Positions 1 to 10,068 of a stretch of DNA of 46,475 bases are shown here, in pieces (within the stretch, counting starts at the first letter, position 1; each line of letters starts with the position of its first letter). Source of the DNA: Elainellaceae cyanobacterium. GTDB taxonomy: Bacteria; Cyanobacteriota; Cyanobacteriia; CAZCXK01. The stretch is from positions 1 to 46,475 of the forward strand of contig JBNPEG010000052.1 in NCBI GenBank assembly GCA_051117555.1. Reading direction: 5' to 3'. The position numbers were made by a program, and so were the translations under genes. The notes under the pieces are model-generated. The model had not been told where the DNA came from. It was given only the letters and a program-made list of their open reading frames with translations, and did no database searches.

Positions 1-187
1 AGAAGAGCCCGATCACAAGCATCGGTCGTACCGAACTACCTGCTGGGCTAATAACTAAAGCGCTTGAGAACGACTCGATAAATTTAATGGAATTTTTCGG
101 ATTGAGTGGTTATGATGGGGCGATCGCAATTGTGTAGAAGGTGGCGATCTTCCTACAGATTTCATTTATTCTACTCGTTAATAGCGA

Positions 188-3100
188 CTAAGATAAATCA
201 TTTCCGTAAGGAATGATAAACCCGATAAAATCAGAGCTAATTTCTAAATCAAACCTTTCATAAATTTCTAAGAGTACGTAGCTCTCTAAATATGCTTTCT
301 GTTGGCTTTCATCTCCTTTTTCCAATAACCAATCTGGAGCCTTCATTAAAGTTTCAGCCATTAGTGCTTCATCTTCAGCAAACGCCTTAATTCGAAATGC
401 AAAATATTTTTCTATTTGATAAGACCCATTTAATGAAACTGGATTATATTGAATGAGTTTACCCAAGCGAGTCTTATCCAGGATGAGCAGGCATCCATCA
501 GGGAAGTTTTCGTCTTCAGGAATTTGGCATGGATATTCAAAGATTGGAATTAGGTGATCTTTATAAATGTATGAACCTTCGAATCCGTGCATCTTCAAAT
601 CTAGCCCATCATCTTCTCCTTTCCATTTGCACTGTTCAGGATTATTCAGAAGATTGTACAGATGAGCATTAATTCCAATAATAATTATGTTATCAACTCT
701 ATCGATTCCATCGATTAATTTTTTGATTGCATCTTCCAGGTCTTTTATATTTGTGTCGCAAGCTTGCATAAGCTTAGTCAATAAATGAGAATTTTCACTA
801 CGTGCCGTGTTTTTACCATATTCGCACCCCAAGTTATCGCTATGGACATACCATTTCTCTAGGAAGAGAGATTTATCTACGATTTTGTTGAATCCAAACT
901 TAGTTGAATCCTCGTGCATCATGTGGGTTTTATCTTTATATAACTCCCAATGATAAAATAGTTCTCTTATCGATATAAATTTGTTATAACCTTCTAAGAA
1001 ATTCAGTTTAAACTCATGAATTTTTTCAGCACTAACCTTCTTCTTTCGTTTGATCAGATCCAATCGCTCATCTGCTTTTGGCTTTAGATTCTTAAGGAAC
1101 GGGATGATATCATTCTGAATCGCATTATTAATTTGACTGGATTCGAAGCCTAGTTCCTGAAGTTTTTGAGATAGATTAGGAAGTTCTTTCGCTAAAGGAA
1201 TAAGGCGATCAACTTCATAATGAACGTTATTCAGGTAATAATAGTCAAAATCGCGTGGCAATCTAAATTTATTTATAACATCTTGTTGGGTTCGATTTCC
1301 TGAAGAACTATCACGCATAAATTCACGTAGTAATAAAAGTAAAAAGTATTGGTCATAATATCGTCTTTTACCGCGATGTCCCTCCCAGCTAACTGGAAAA
1401 TCTAATATCGATTTTCCAGTAAAATAAAAGCTGAATAATTCTGACAAGGAAGTTGGAACGAACTCATTTCCAACACATATTGCATCAGAGTCATGTGGTT
1501 GCCGATATGACCAGAAATACTTGATATAGTCATATCGCTCTTTGAATATACAATATGCACCAATATCAAATAACAAATTCACGACATGACTAAACTTGAA
1601 GCAAGATAAAAGCTCGTCATGTAATCTATCCAACTGCTGCTGCACTTCATCTGTCTGAACATGGCCGTGAATAAGCTCTTTTACTTCATCAAGTAAATGG
1701 GTACAATCCGAATATTCTTTAACACTATTTATTCTGCTTACAAGTCTCTTTAAATAACCTAGCTTCAACTCAATTTGTTCTAGCTGATTTGAGATTTCTT
1801 CAGAAACTTGATGCCTTTTAGGGAGCACATATTGAAGTCCTTCACCAATATAATTCTGATCGCAGGAACTGATTTCTCCAGAGTCATAGAGTCTTTTAAT
1901 GAATAGTTCGAATAACTGTGTATTACTATCAGAAATGATTTGACGAATAACAGGAAAGAAGTATTGATTAAACAAGCTTAGATATTCAAGCTTGAAGGAA
2001 TTATCAAGTATAGTGCTAACATACCATTCAATGGACGTGATAGAAGCTAAGCTATTGTGGATTTGTGGACTTCCATGGTTTAAATCAGCTCTACCTAAAC
2101 CAGTCAAAATTGTTAAGAGCGTTTCTATTGGCTGCCCTTGATTAATAGATCGTGATAAAGCCTTTAGCATCCGTATCAGATGATAAGTGGTTAATTGAGC
2201 GATTTCAAGATTTGAGACTTCTAGTGCAGTCTCTCGAACCCGAAGAAACTGATTCACTAGTGCCATCAGCGCAAGTGAATAGTCTCGCGGAAAAAAATGC
2301 AATCTTAGAGATGCTTCAAGCTTATCCTCTTTCGCCAACTGAAGAAGTTCATGGGAATACAGCAACTTTTCATAACGCTCGGGCCAAGTGGCTTTTAGAG
2401 ACACGAAATTTTGAGCTTCGACTTGAATTTTTTCCAGTCCTTCGATTATGTATTTACTGTTCTTGCGGTTTTTAGTTTCGAATACTAGAACATCTCCAAT
2501 TCCTTCCAAGGCATCAATGAAATCCCCTTGAAATTTTCTCAAACCATCATCACCAATTTCTTCTACTGAAGTAATTTTATTTAGAGTCTGAGTAACATCA
2601 TCGAATAGTTTATTCAGTAAAAACTTTGTTTGAGTTGAATATTTTCTAAGATTGTTAAAGAAGGCAAATAGTACGAAATTGGTTGCAAAAAAGATTAGGA
2701 AGGTTATCCAAGCAGCAAACTTCCAAGCTGTGCTTATTTCAGCATCTACGAAAAATTTTAATGTAACACCCAAAAGTGCACCAGTGATTACCAGAGCCAA
2801 CAACACTCTAAGTTGCCACTGCTGATTAAATTCTTTAGTAATCACGCCGGACTGATAACGCTCAGAGATTCGAGAAATTATTTCTAGGCTCAATGGAATA
2901 GCAATGGCAATTATTGCAGCCTGGTAAGCAATTACATCAGATGCAAATTCCAAACTAGGAGGAAAAGTATTAAATAAATATGTTATCGAGTCCCAAGCTA
3001 CTTGAATAAATGAAAAATTGACCTGAGACTCTAGTGGTTGAGGAACCTGGAGGATGTATAATACTTTTGTGTGAACTCGTAGTATTCCTAAGCCGTATCC

Positions 3101-3193
3101 AACAAGCGTTCCTAAAGCAAAATTTTTCAGAAACAACGAAATTCGCCTTCTCCTCCAATTTTGTTGAATCCATTGAGGAACTTTACTCTTCAT
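188..3193 (-). CDS. Large membrane-anchored hypothetical protein: about 4 N-terminal TM helices, helical middle region, C-terminal putative HK97/encapsulin-like fold
   Basis: 1001-aa ORF with N-terminal hydrophobic segments (VIAYQAAIIAIAIPLSLEII, LRVLLALVITGALLGVTLKFF, FAAWITFLIFFATNFVLFAFF). Visibly AT-rich and no GCGATCGC seen inside. Confidence refers to the ORF; the fold call is an inference. Confidence 0.85.
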   Translation of the reverse strand: MKSKVPQWIQQNWRRRRISLFLKNFALGTLVGYGLGILRVHTKVLYILQVPQPLESQVNFSFIQVAWDSITYLFNTFPPSLEFASDVIAYQAAIIAIAIPLSLEIISRISERYQSGVITKEFNQQWQLRVLLALVITGALLGVTLKFFVDAEISTAWKFAAWITFLIFFATNFVLFAFFNNLRKYSTQTKFLLNKLFDDVTQTLNKITSVEEIGDDGLRKFQGDFIDALEGIGDVLVFETKNRKNSKYIIEGLEKIQVEAQNFVSLKATWPERYEKLLYSHELLQLAKEDKLEASLRLHFFPRDYSLALMALVNQFLRVRETALEVSNLEIAQLTTYHLIRMLKALSRSINQGQPIETLLTILTGLGRADLNHGSPQIHNSLASITSIEWYVSTILDNSFKLEYLSLFNQYFFPVIRQIISDSNTQLFELFIKRLYDSGEISSCDQNYIGEGLQYVLPKRHQVSEEISNQLEQIELKLGYLKRLVSRINSVKEYSDCTHLLDEVKELIHGHVQTDEVQQQLDRLHDELLSCFKFSHVVNLLFDIGAYCIFKERYDYIKYFWSYRQPHDSDAICVGNEFVPTSLSELFSFYFTGKSILDFPVSWEGHRGKRRYYDQYFLLLLLREFMRDSSSGNRTQQDVINKFRLPRDFDYYYLNNVHYEVDRLIPLAKELPNLSQKLQELGFESSQINNAIQNDIIPFLKNLKPKADERLDLIKRKKKVSAEKIHEFKLNFLEGYNKFISIRELFYHWELYKDKTHMMHEDSTKFGFNKIVDKSLFLEKWYVHSDNLGCEYGKNTARSENSHLLTKLMQACDTNIKDLEDAIKKLIDGIDRVDNIIIIGINAHLYNLLNNPEQCKWKGEDDGLDLKMHGFEGSYIYKDHLIPIFEYPCQIPEDENFPDGCLLILDKTRLGKLIQYNPVSLNGSYQIEKYFAFRIKAFAEDEALMAETLMKAPDWLLEKGDESQQKAYLESYVLLEIYERFDLEISSDFIGFIIPYGNDLS

Positions 3194-3330
3194 GCCTTGA
3201 TGTCTCTATAAAGTGTTTGCAAGATATCACATTCCATTTATTCTATTGAATCTCCAGTTTGTTAATCAGCGAATATCGTAAAATCGCTACAGCCCATTGC
3301 ACCGTATTACTGATTCACTACAGAGTGTTG

Positions 3331-3421
3331 AGAGCGATCGCTAAAGACTGGGTTTCTAGGGCGATCGCCAAGAGTTGATTTCTAGAGTAATCATTAAAGA
3401 CGTACGCTGTAGAGCAATCGC
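3331..3421. repeat. HIP1-anchored ~27-bp tandem repeat cluster A (4 units)
   Basis: Cores GCGATCGC (3334), GCGATCGC (3361), GTAATCAT (3387), GCAATCGC (3414), spaced 27/26/27 bp, each preceded by AGA/AGG. Confidence 0.85.
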
Positions 3422-3805
3422 CATCTTTTGACGTTTAGCCAACAGCAAAATTCCTAACACACCAGTAATCTCTAACCCCAAATCTTTTGCAGCTTGCCTG
3501 CCTAACCTTTCATCAATCAGCAAACGGGTTGCTTCCACGTCAACAGCAAGTGCAATAGCCTCAGCTTCTACAATATTGACGCGAGTTCTTAACTTATCAA
3601 CCAGTTGTTGATTCTGTACCGAATGAATCTCTAGCCAAGTCGCTGCTCGAACTGCTGTAATAACCGTTTCGCCAGCTCTCTCATCCAATAGCTCCTCATG
3701 CACCGCACATGGAATTAGAATCCTCCCATAAATTTTTTCGATTAAGCTAAGTTGTCCAATCCTCGCTAAGTTTGAAATTGGTGAAGTGTTACTTACAACG
3801 ATCAC
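3356..3805 (-). CDS. DUF3368-family PIN-domain toxin, 3' end apparently replaced by repeat sequence (possible pseudogene)
   Basis: MIVVSNTSPISNL...EAEAIALA...LLIDERLGRQAAKDLGL.ITGVLGILLLAKR matches DUF3368. The tail MAIALQRTSL... is read through repeat cluster A. Confidence 0.85.
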   Translation of the reverse strand: MIVVSNTSPISNLARIGQLSLIEKIYGRILIPCAVHEELLDERAGETVITAVRAATWLEIHSVQNQQLVDKLRTRVNIVEAEAIALAVDVEATRLLIDERLGRQAAKDLGLEITGVLGILLLAKRQKMAIALQRTSLMITLEINSWRSP

Positions 3806-3807
3806 CG

Positions 3808-4047
3808 CTAGGCCGTTTCCTGCAAACTTTTGAGATCGTCTTGAAACTCAACAACATCATAATGGACGCAGATGCCTCGATCAGCTAACAGCTTTTGAAA
3901 CTGCATCCGATGTAAACCCAACAGTTCGCTCGCTTTGCCTAAGCTAATTTTGTCTTGACGAAACAGCATAAGCACGATTTCCAAAAACAGCTCGGTTTCT
4001 GATAAACCACTGGCTTTCAACAGATCGTCCGAAATCACCAAACTCAT
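3808..4047 (-). CDS. UPF0175-family antitoxin
   Basis: ISLGKASELLGLHRMQFQKLLADRGI motif; lies directly upstream of the DUF3368 gene; GGAGG RBS upstream. Confidence 0.9.
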   Translation of the reverse strand: MSLVISDDLLKASGLSETELFLEIVLMLFRQDKISLGKASELLGLHRMQFQKLLADRGICVHYDVVEFQDDLKSLQETA

Positions 4048-4146
4048 AATTATCCTCCCAATTTTCCCCTACTAGATCTTAGCGGTCGACGTTAGGACGG
4101 ATTAGGCTACTAACAAGTCTACCCTTGGAAATAACGGGCTAAGAGA

Positions 4147-4238
4147 GAGGCGATCGCCAAAAATCAGTTTTCAAGGGCAATTGTTAAAGATGTGTCTTGA
4201 GGAGCGATCGCCCAAAATGCATCCTAAAGGGCGATCGC
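4147..4238. repeat. HIP1-anchored 27-bp tandem repeat cluster B (4 units)
   Basis: Cores GCGATCGC (4150), GCAATTGT (4177), GCGATCGC (4204), GCGATCGC (4231), exact 27-bp period. Confidence 0.85.
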
Positions 4239-4381
4239 ACTTGCCAATGAACTGCCTTTGAGCAAGTGAGCGATAATAGAGGATGATAGTGTTTTCTATA
4301 GGCTATTGCTACAGCGTACAGTAGTTACCTTACTAAAGAAAAATGAAGGCTTAAAATAGGCCCAATCCTTTGGAGGATTAA

Positions 4382-4965
<584 letters not shown>

Positions 4966-4995
4966 CGAACTATGCGAAGCTTGCGTAACGAAATT

Positions 4996-5090
4996 AGAGC
5001 GATCGCTAAAGATTGGGTTTCTAGGGCGATCGCCCAAAATGCATCCTAGAGGGCGATTAGGCAAAGCCTACGCTGCGCGAACGCAATCGC
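4996..5090. repeat. HIP1-anchored 27-bp tandem repeat cluster C (3 units; third HIP1 interrupted by a small insert)
   Basis: Cores at 4999, 5026 and 5053. Unit 1 matches cluster A unit 1 (1 mismatch in the spacer); unit 2 matches cluster B unit 3. Confidence 0.85.
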
Positions 5091-5101
5091 CCCTACCCCC
5101 C

Positions 5102-8100
5102 TTAATCCATGCCTTCGATGGGTGCAAACCCTTGACGCTGGACATTTTCGGTAATGGTGCGGGGTTCGAGGAACTGCAACAAATAGTCAGGTCCCCCGGC
5201 TTTTGACCCCACCCCTGATAGTTTGAAGCCGCCAAAGGGTTGCCGCGCAACAATTGCCCCGGTGATGCTGCGGTTGATGTAGAGGTTGCCGACTTCAAAT
5301 TCCTCCTGTGCCTGATCAATGTGAGAGGGCGTCCGAGTATATACGCCGCCGGTGAGAGCGTAGTTGGTGCCGTTGGCGATCGCCAGGGCTTCGTCGAAGT
5401 CTTTTGCTTTCATGACAGCAAGTACCGGACCAAAGATTTCCTCCTTTGCAATTACTGCATCGGGCGTCACGTCGGTGAAAATCGTGGGCCCCACAAAATA
5501 TCCGGTATCCGGCACCGACACTTCCAAGGCCAGGTTGGATTCTACTTTGCCCTTCTCGATATAGTCTTTGATGCGCGTCTGAGCGGTTTCATCAATCACC
5601 GGACCGACTTTCATGCTCGGGTCTTCTACCATGCCTACGTTTAAAGACTGGGTAGCTTCCACCAAGCGATTCACAAAGGTGTCATAAATAGGCTCTAGCA
5701 CGATGGCGCGAGAACATGCCGAACACTTTTGACCGCTGTAGCCAAATGCAGAATACACCACGCCTTGAATGGCCTGGTCAAGGTCGGCGCTTTCATCGAC
5801 AATGATGGCGTTTTTGCCGCCCATCTCGGCGACCACTCGCTTCAAGTGTTTCTGTCCGGGGCGAAGAATAGCGGCATCCGCATAAATTTTGCAGCCGACT
5901 TCTTGCGATCCTGTGAACATAATCATGTGGACATCAGGACTTTTCACCATGTGCGCCCCCACCGTGGGGCCATCTCCCGGCACGAATTGAAACACTCCCT
6001 TAGGAACTCCGGCTTCAACTAGAATCTCAGCCAGCTTAGCAGCAATCACAGAGGTGGTTTCAGCGGGTTTGAGCAGCGCACAGTTGCCCGTCACCAAAGA
6101 GGCAACCGTCATCCCGGTGGGAATGGCGATGGGAAAGTTCCACGGCGAAATCACGACGACCAATCCTCGTGGCTGATAGTGATAGCGATCGGTTTCTCCA
6201 TCCACGTCATAGTTGAACCCCTGATCGAGCCGCTCCATTTCCGCCGAGTAGTAGCGGCAAAAGTCAATGGCTTCCGATATTTCGGGGTCAGCTTGGTGGA
6301 GGGTTTTTCCGCCTTCTAGCATCATCCATGCGGCCAGTTCAGCTCGGCGCTCTTCCAGCAAATCAGCGGCTTTGCGAATGATCGCAGTTCGTTCGCTGAC
6401 GGGCGTCTTTTTCCAAGCTGGAAAGGCATCTTTTGCTGCCTGAAGCGCTTTATCAGCTTGCTCAACGCTGATCATGCCCACCTTGCCGACGATTTCGGAA
6501 GGATTGCACGGATTGAGCGAATCAATCATCTCCAGCGTATTTACTTTTTCTCCATTAATGATCGGCAAGTAGGTTTTGCCCAACTGCTGGCGAACCGATT
6601 GGATGGCATCAAAGGCTTTGTTTCGTTCATTCATAATGGAATAGTCAGTATCAGAGGCATTGGCGAGGCGAATATAGGGCGTTGCGTGGTCGGTGACGAG
6701 CGTTGCGTGAGTAGGGGAGGCGGGTGGGGTGCTGGCTTGAGTTAAGTCCTCATCTGCTAGCACAGGGGGAGCTAGTAATTCCGCCGGGGGGACATTCTCC
6801 AGGCTTTGGCGCAAGAAAGAACTATTGGCAGTGTTTTCAAGCAGGCGACGAATCAAGTACGACATCCCTGGAATCAGTTCTCCATAGGGGCAATAAACCC
6901 GCACCCGATAGCCCTGATCCACCAGGGCTTTAGCTAACTTGTCTGCCATGCCATAGAGGACCTGTAGCTCAATTCGACGACGGGGAATATTGAGTGCTTC
7001 GGCAATGGCGATCGCGTGGGCTTGCGATCGCACGTTATGGCTTCCAATCGCCGCATACACGTATTCGTGGTTTTCTAACAAACTACGAGTCATGCGCTCA
7101 AAGCTCACATCGGTCGAGGGTTTCTTGCTAAAGACGGGCTGCGGCCAATGATTTTGGCGCGAGACGATTGTTTCTTGATCCCAATACGCCCCTTTCACCA
7201 GGCGAACCGTCACCGGATAGCCCCGTTCCTTTGCCCAATCAATCCAGCCCAGCAAATCACGTTCGCTATCGCGCAAATAGGCTTGCAGCGTGACGCCGAT
7301 GTCGGTACGGGGGCGAAACTCGTCCTCCATCAAAATCGACTTTAGGATTGAGATGGTCAGATCTTTGTAGGCGTATTGCTCCATGTCAAAGTGCACCATC
7401 GCCCCTAGCTCTTTGGCTCGACGCAGCAATGTGCGGATGCGATCGCTCACTCTGGCCTCACTTCCCTCAGCATCCAGCGGGTCAAACTGAGAATAAAACG
7501 CCGTCAGCTTCACTGAGACCTGCACTCTTGGAAGCGCTTCCCCGTCGGCTTTATCAATTTGGGGCACCGTTGACCAGCCCTTTGCTGCCGTTGTCAGCTT
7601 CTCCATCAGTTCTAGATATCTTTCTAGATACAGCTTGGCTTCCGACTCCGTAATCACCGCCTCACCCAGCAAATCAACGGTGAATGCCATTTTCTGTTTG
7701 CGAAGCTGCTCAATGCTTTTTAGAGCTTGCCTGAGGTTTTCGCCTGAAATATACTTGCGAGCCAGGGTTTCGACCCCGGTTGAAACAGTGCTTGCAGCGA
7801 CCTGCCCCGGCAGTGAGTCGGCATCGGCAAAGTTCAACAACCCTTTCAAGGCGCTGGGCAACTCAACCGATTCGTCGCTCAAATATTCTTGAAAGTGGCG
7901 AGCAATTTCGGCTTTACTTCTCAGCGAGGGCAAACAGTCGATGAAGCGAAACATTTGCACCCGCAATCCCGGATTGCTCATCGTCCACGCCAATAGTTTG
8001 TCGTCCCAGCGCATTTGATCCCGCATCTGAGCCAGAAGCGATCGCTTCTCTTGAGTGGCCGCCAGCAGACGACGCGCGATCGCCTGGGTTTGATCTTCAT

Positions 8101-8152
8101 AGGTGTCTTGAGAAATCGGGTCAGATGCTTGTCTGGATGCTTCCAATACCAC
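5102..8152 (-). CDS. putA: Bifunctional proline dehydrogenase / L-glutamate gamma-semialdehyde (P5C) dehydrogenase
   Basis: PRODH motifs (VRLVKGAYWD, YLIRRLLEN) plus ALDH motifs (ISPWNFP, EMGGKN, GQKCSA, EEIFGPV). Confidence 0.97.
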   Translation of the reverse strand: MVLEASRQASDPISQDTYEDQTQAIARRLLAATQEKRSLLAQMRDQMRWDDKLLAWTMSNPGLRVQMFRFIDCLPSLRSKAEIARHFQEYLSDESVELPSALKGLLNFADADSLPGQVAASTVSTGVETLARKYISGENLRQALKSIEQLRKQKMAFTVDLLGEAVITESEAKLYLERYLELMEKLTTAAKGWSTVPQIDKADGEALPRVQVSVKLTAFYSQFDPLDAEGSEARVSDRIRTLLRRAKELGAMVHFDMEQYAYKDLTISILKSILMEDEFRPRTDIGVTLQAYLRDSERDLLGWIDWAKERGYPVTVRLVKGAYWDQETIVSRQNHWPQPVFSKKPSTDVSFERMTRSLLENHEYVYAAIGSHNVRSQAHAIAIAEALNIPRRRIELQVLYGMADKLAKALVDQGYRVRVYCPYGELIPGMSYLIRRLLENTANSSFLRQSLENVPPAELLAPPVLADEDLTQASTPPASPTHATLVTDHATPYIRLANASDTDYSIMNERNKAFDAIQSVRQQLGKTYLPIINGEKVNTLEMIDSLNPCNPSEIVGKVGMISVEQADKALQAAKDAFPAWKKTPVSERTAIIRKAADLLEERRAELAAWMMLEGGKTLHQADPEISEAIDFCRYYSAEMERLDQGFNYDVDGETDRYHYQPRGLVVVISPWNFPIAIPTGMTVASLVTGNCALLKPAETTSVIAAKLAEILVEAGVPKGVFQFVPGDGPTVGAHMVKSPDVHMIMFTGSQEVGCKIYADAAILRPGQKHLKRVVAEMGGKNAIIVDESADLDQAIQGVVYSAFGYSGQKCSACSRAIVLEPIYDTFVNRLVEATQSLNVGMVEDPSMKVGPVIDETAQTRIKDYIEKGKVESNLALEVSVPDTGYFVGPTIFTDVTPDAVIAKEEIFGPVLAVMKAKDFDEALAIANGTNYALTGGVYTRTPSHIDQAQEEFEVGNLYINRSITGAIVARQPFGGFKLSGVGSKAGGPDYLLQFLEPRTITENVQRQGFAPIEGMD

Positions 8153-8283
8153 GGTCAGTGCCCCTCGCTAATAACATGCTCAACTGGGTTGAGTCCCATA
8201 TTCTACTATTGTCTCTACTCTATGGCCGATTGACATGAACCCCTCGATTCGCTTTATTACAAGAGTCTGAAGAATAACGTTTT

Positions 8284-9012
8284 GTGACACTGCATCTGCC
8301 TGTGCGATCGCCCCCGCCAAACCCGTTTGAACTCCGGCATAAAGCCATTCAAATCCATCATCGGCTCTGTGCCGAATACGGCTGTCCGGCGTCATACTTT
8401 CATAACCTCGATCCGCTCAGTGAGTTGATTTCAGCGCTGTTGTCTCACCGAACTCGCAATTCCGACTCGGATCGGGCATATAAAACTCTCAAACATCGCT
8501 TTCCGAGTTGGGAGGCAGTGCGGGACGCGTCGACTCAGGAGATTGAACGGGCGATCGCCCCGTGTACTTGGCCTGAACAGAAAGCGCCCCGCATTCAGCA
8601 GGTGTTGACACTGATTGGCGATCGCCGCAAGGGAGATTTGTCTCTGGATTTTTTAGCGGATCTGTCCGTAGCTGATGCACGCGCTTGGCTTGAGGCGATG
8701 CCTGGTGTTGGGCCTAAAACCAGCGCTGCGGTACTTTGCTTCAGCCGCCTGCGTCGCCGCGCCTTACCCGTAGATAGTCACCATCATCGAGTTGCAGTCC
8801 GCGTTGGCTTAATTCCATCCCGCGTTGCGGTCGGGCCATCCCACCGTGTTTTAGAAGCCCAACTCCCCGAGGATTGGAATGCCCAGCAGGTTTACGATAA
8901 TCATGAAGTCATGATGTTACACGGGCAGCGATGCTGCTACTATCGCAATCCTGCGTGCAAACGATGCTGTCTCTTAAACCTGTGTCCGTTCGGGCGATCG
9001 CGACTCAATTAG
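8284..9012 (+). CDS. HhH-GPD / endonuclease III-like DNA glycosylase with C-terminal 4Fe-4S motif
   Basis: HhH MPGVGPKTSAAVL, catalytic VDSH, FCL motif C-x6-C-x2-C-x5-C (CYYRNPACKRCCLLNLC). Confidence 0.9.
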   Translation: MTLHLPVRSPPPNPFELRHKAIQIHHRLCAEYGCPASYFHNLDPLSELISALLSHRTRNSDSDRAYKTLKHRFPSWEAVRDASTQEIERAIAPCTWPEQKAPRIQQVLTLIGDRRKGDLSLDFLADLSVADARAWLEAMPGVGPKTSAAVLCFSRLRRRALPVDSHHHRVAVRVGLIPSRVAVGPSHRVLEAQLPEDWNAQQVYDNHEVMMLHGQRCCYYRNPACKRCCLLNLCPFGRSRLN

Positions 9013-9349
9013 CTCAATATATAACTCAGATTGCAACTCAGATTGATCCGCATGCCTTATGTATATTCCCAAAACATGCTGTATCTTCTGATAGAAGACT
9101 AGTTAGACGAAAACTGACATACTACATATAAGGAAAAATATGTCGATACGTTCTCCAAGATTGATGAGAGCTTCGCCCGCGCGAGCATCACAATCCCAGT
9201 GCTCAGCCTCTTCGTAAATTTGCGATGTTAGGCGTAGAGCGTATTCGGCACCGTATCGTCAGGGTCAGCAATGTATCATTAAGAACTATGCATTGACTAC
9301 AAATACGTAAGAATAAGTAGACATTACAGAGGTCTAACCCCGAACACCA

Positions 9350-9973
9350 ATGGCAATATCAAGATCGTCAAACTATGAGGAACCTTCGAAGCGATTTGAG
9401 CAAGAGCTTCTAGAAGCAGAGCGAAAGCGCGACGTCATGCTTTTGCTCGAAAATCTTTCTAAGAGTCAAGAAGCAACCATCAAGCTGATTCTCGATTGCT
9501 TGTATGATGTGGGCTCTGTACGGCTCATCAACAAAAAAATTCATCATCGATCGTTAAATCGGCTCACGCGAGCGATCGCCAACCTGTCAAAGCCTGTGTT
9601 TCGGGTATTTGCATTTCGGTGGTTTAAGAAAAATTGCCCCGAACTGATTACAAACTGGCTATACAAAAAGATTTCGTTTGAAGACTCTGACGACGAGTCA
9701 ACACCATCTAGCAATCAGCCCCCCCCTACTCAAACGGTTGAAGTGCTCCGGCTAGAATCTTCACCCTATGCCGAATTGGATCTAGCGACTCAAGAGATTC
9801 GTCGGTTGCGATCGCAGGTGAAGTGGCTTCGAGGCATCTCAGTTGGGGCGATCGCCACGTTGGGCATTACGGCAATTTGGCTCGGCTACAACTTTCGCCT
9901 AGAGCCCCTCCGCTTAATTAACGAACCGCCTCAACCCGTGCTCGACATCGACACTCGTCAAAACGAGCGCTGA
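9350..9973 (+). CDS. Conserved cyanobacterial hypothetical protein with C-terminal coiled coil and TM helix
   Basis: 207-aa ORF; LILDCLYDVGSV...WFKKNCPELITNWL motif; contains HIP1 sites. Confidence 0.8.
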   Translation: MAISRSSNYEEPSKRFEQELLEAERKRDVMLLLENLSKSQEATIKLILDCLYDVGSVRLINKKIHHRSLNRLTRAIANLSKPVFRVFAFRWFKKNCPELITNWLYKKISFEDSDDESTPSSNQPPPTQTVEVLRLESSPYAELDLATQEIRRLRSQVKWLRGISVGAIATLGITAIWLGYNFRLEPLRLINEPPQPVLDIDTRQNER

Positions 9974-9991
9974 TCATCCGGCTCCCTCTTC

Positions 9992-10033
9992 AAACGTGCC
10001 CTTAAAAACGTGCCCTTAAAAACGTGCCCTTAA
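9992..10033. repeat. Perfect tandem repeat 3 x 14 bp (AAACGTGCCCTTAA)
   Basis: Read directly from the sequence. Confidence 0.95.
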
Positions 10034-10068
10034 AAATAGGTCGCCTATGATCCAAACTTGGGTAAAAA

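Noticed and set aside
1..187. Possible 3' end of an upstream CDS
   Set aside because: Too short to assign a frame or product.
5240..8395. Many short ORFs antisense to or overlapping putA
   Set aside because: Shadow ORFs of a well-supported gene; the same applies to short overlapping ORFs elsewhere in the track.
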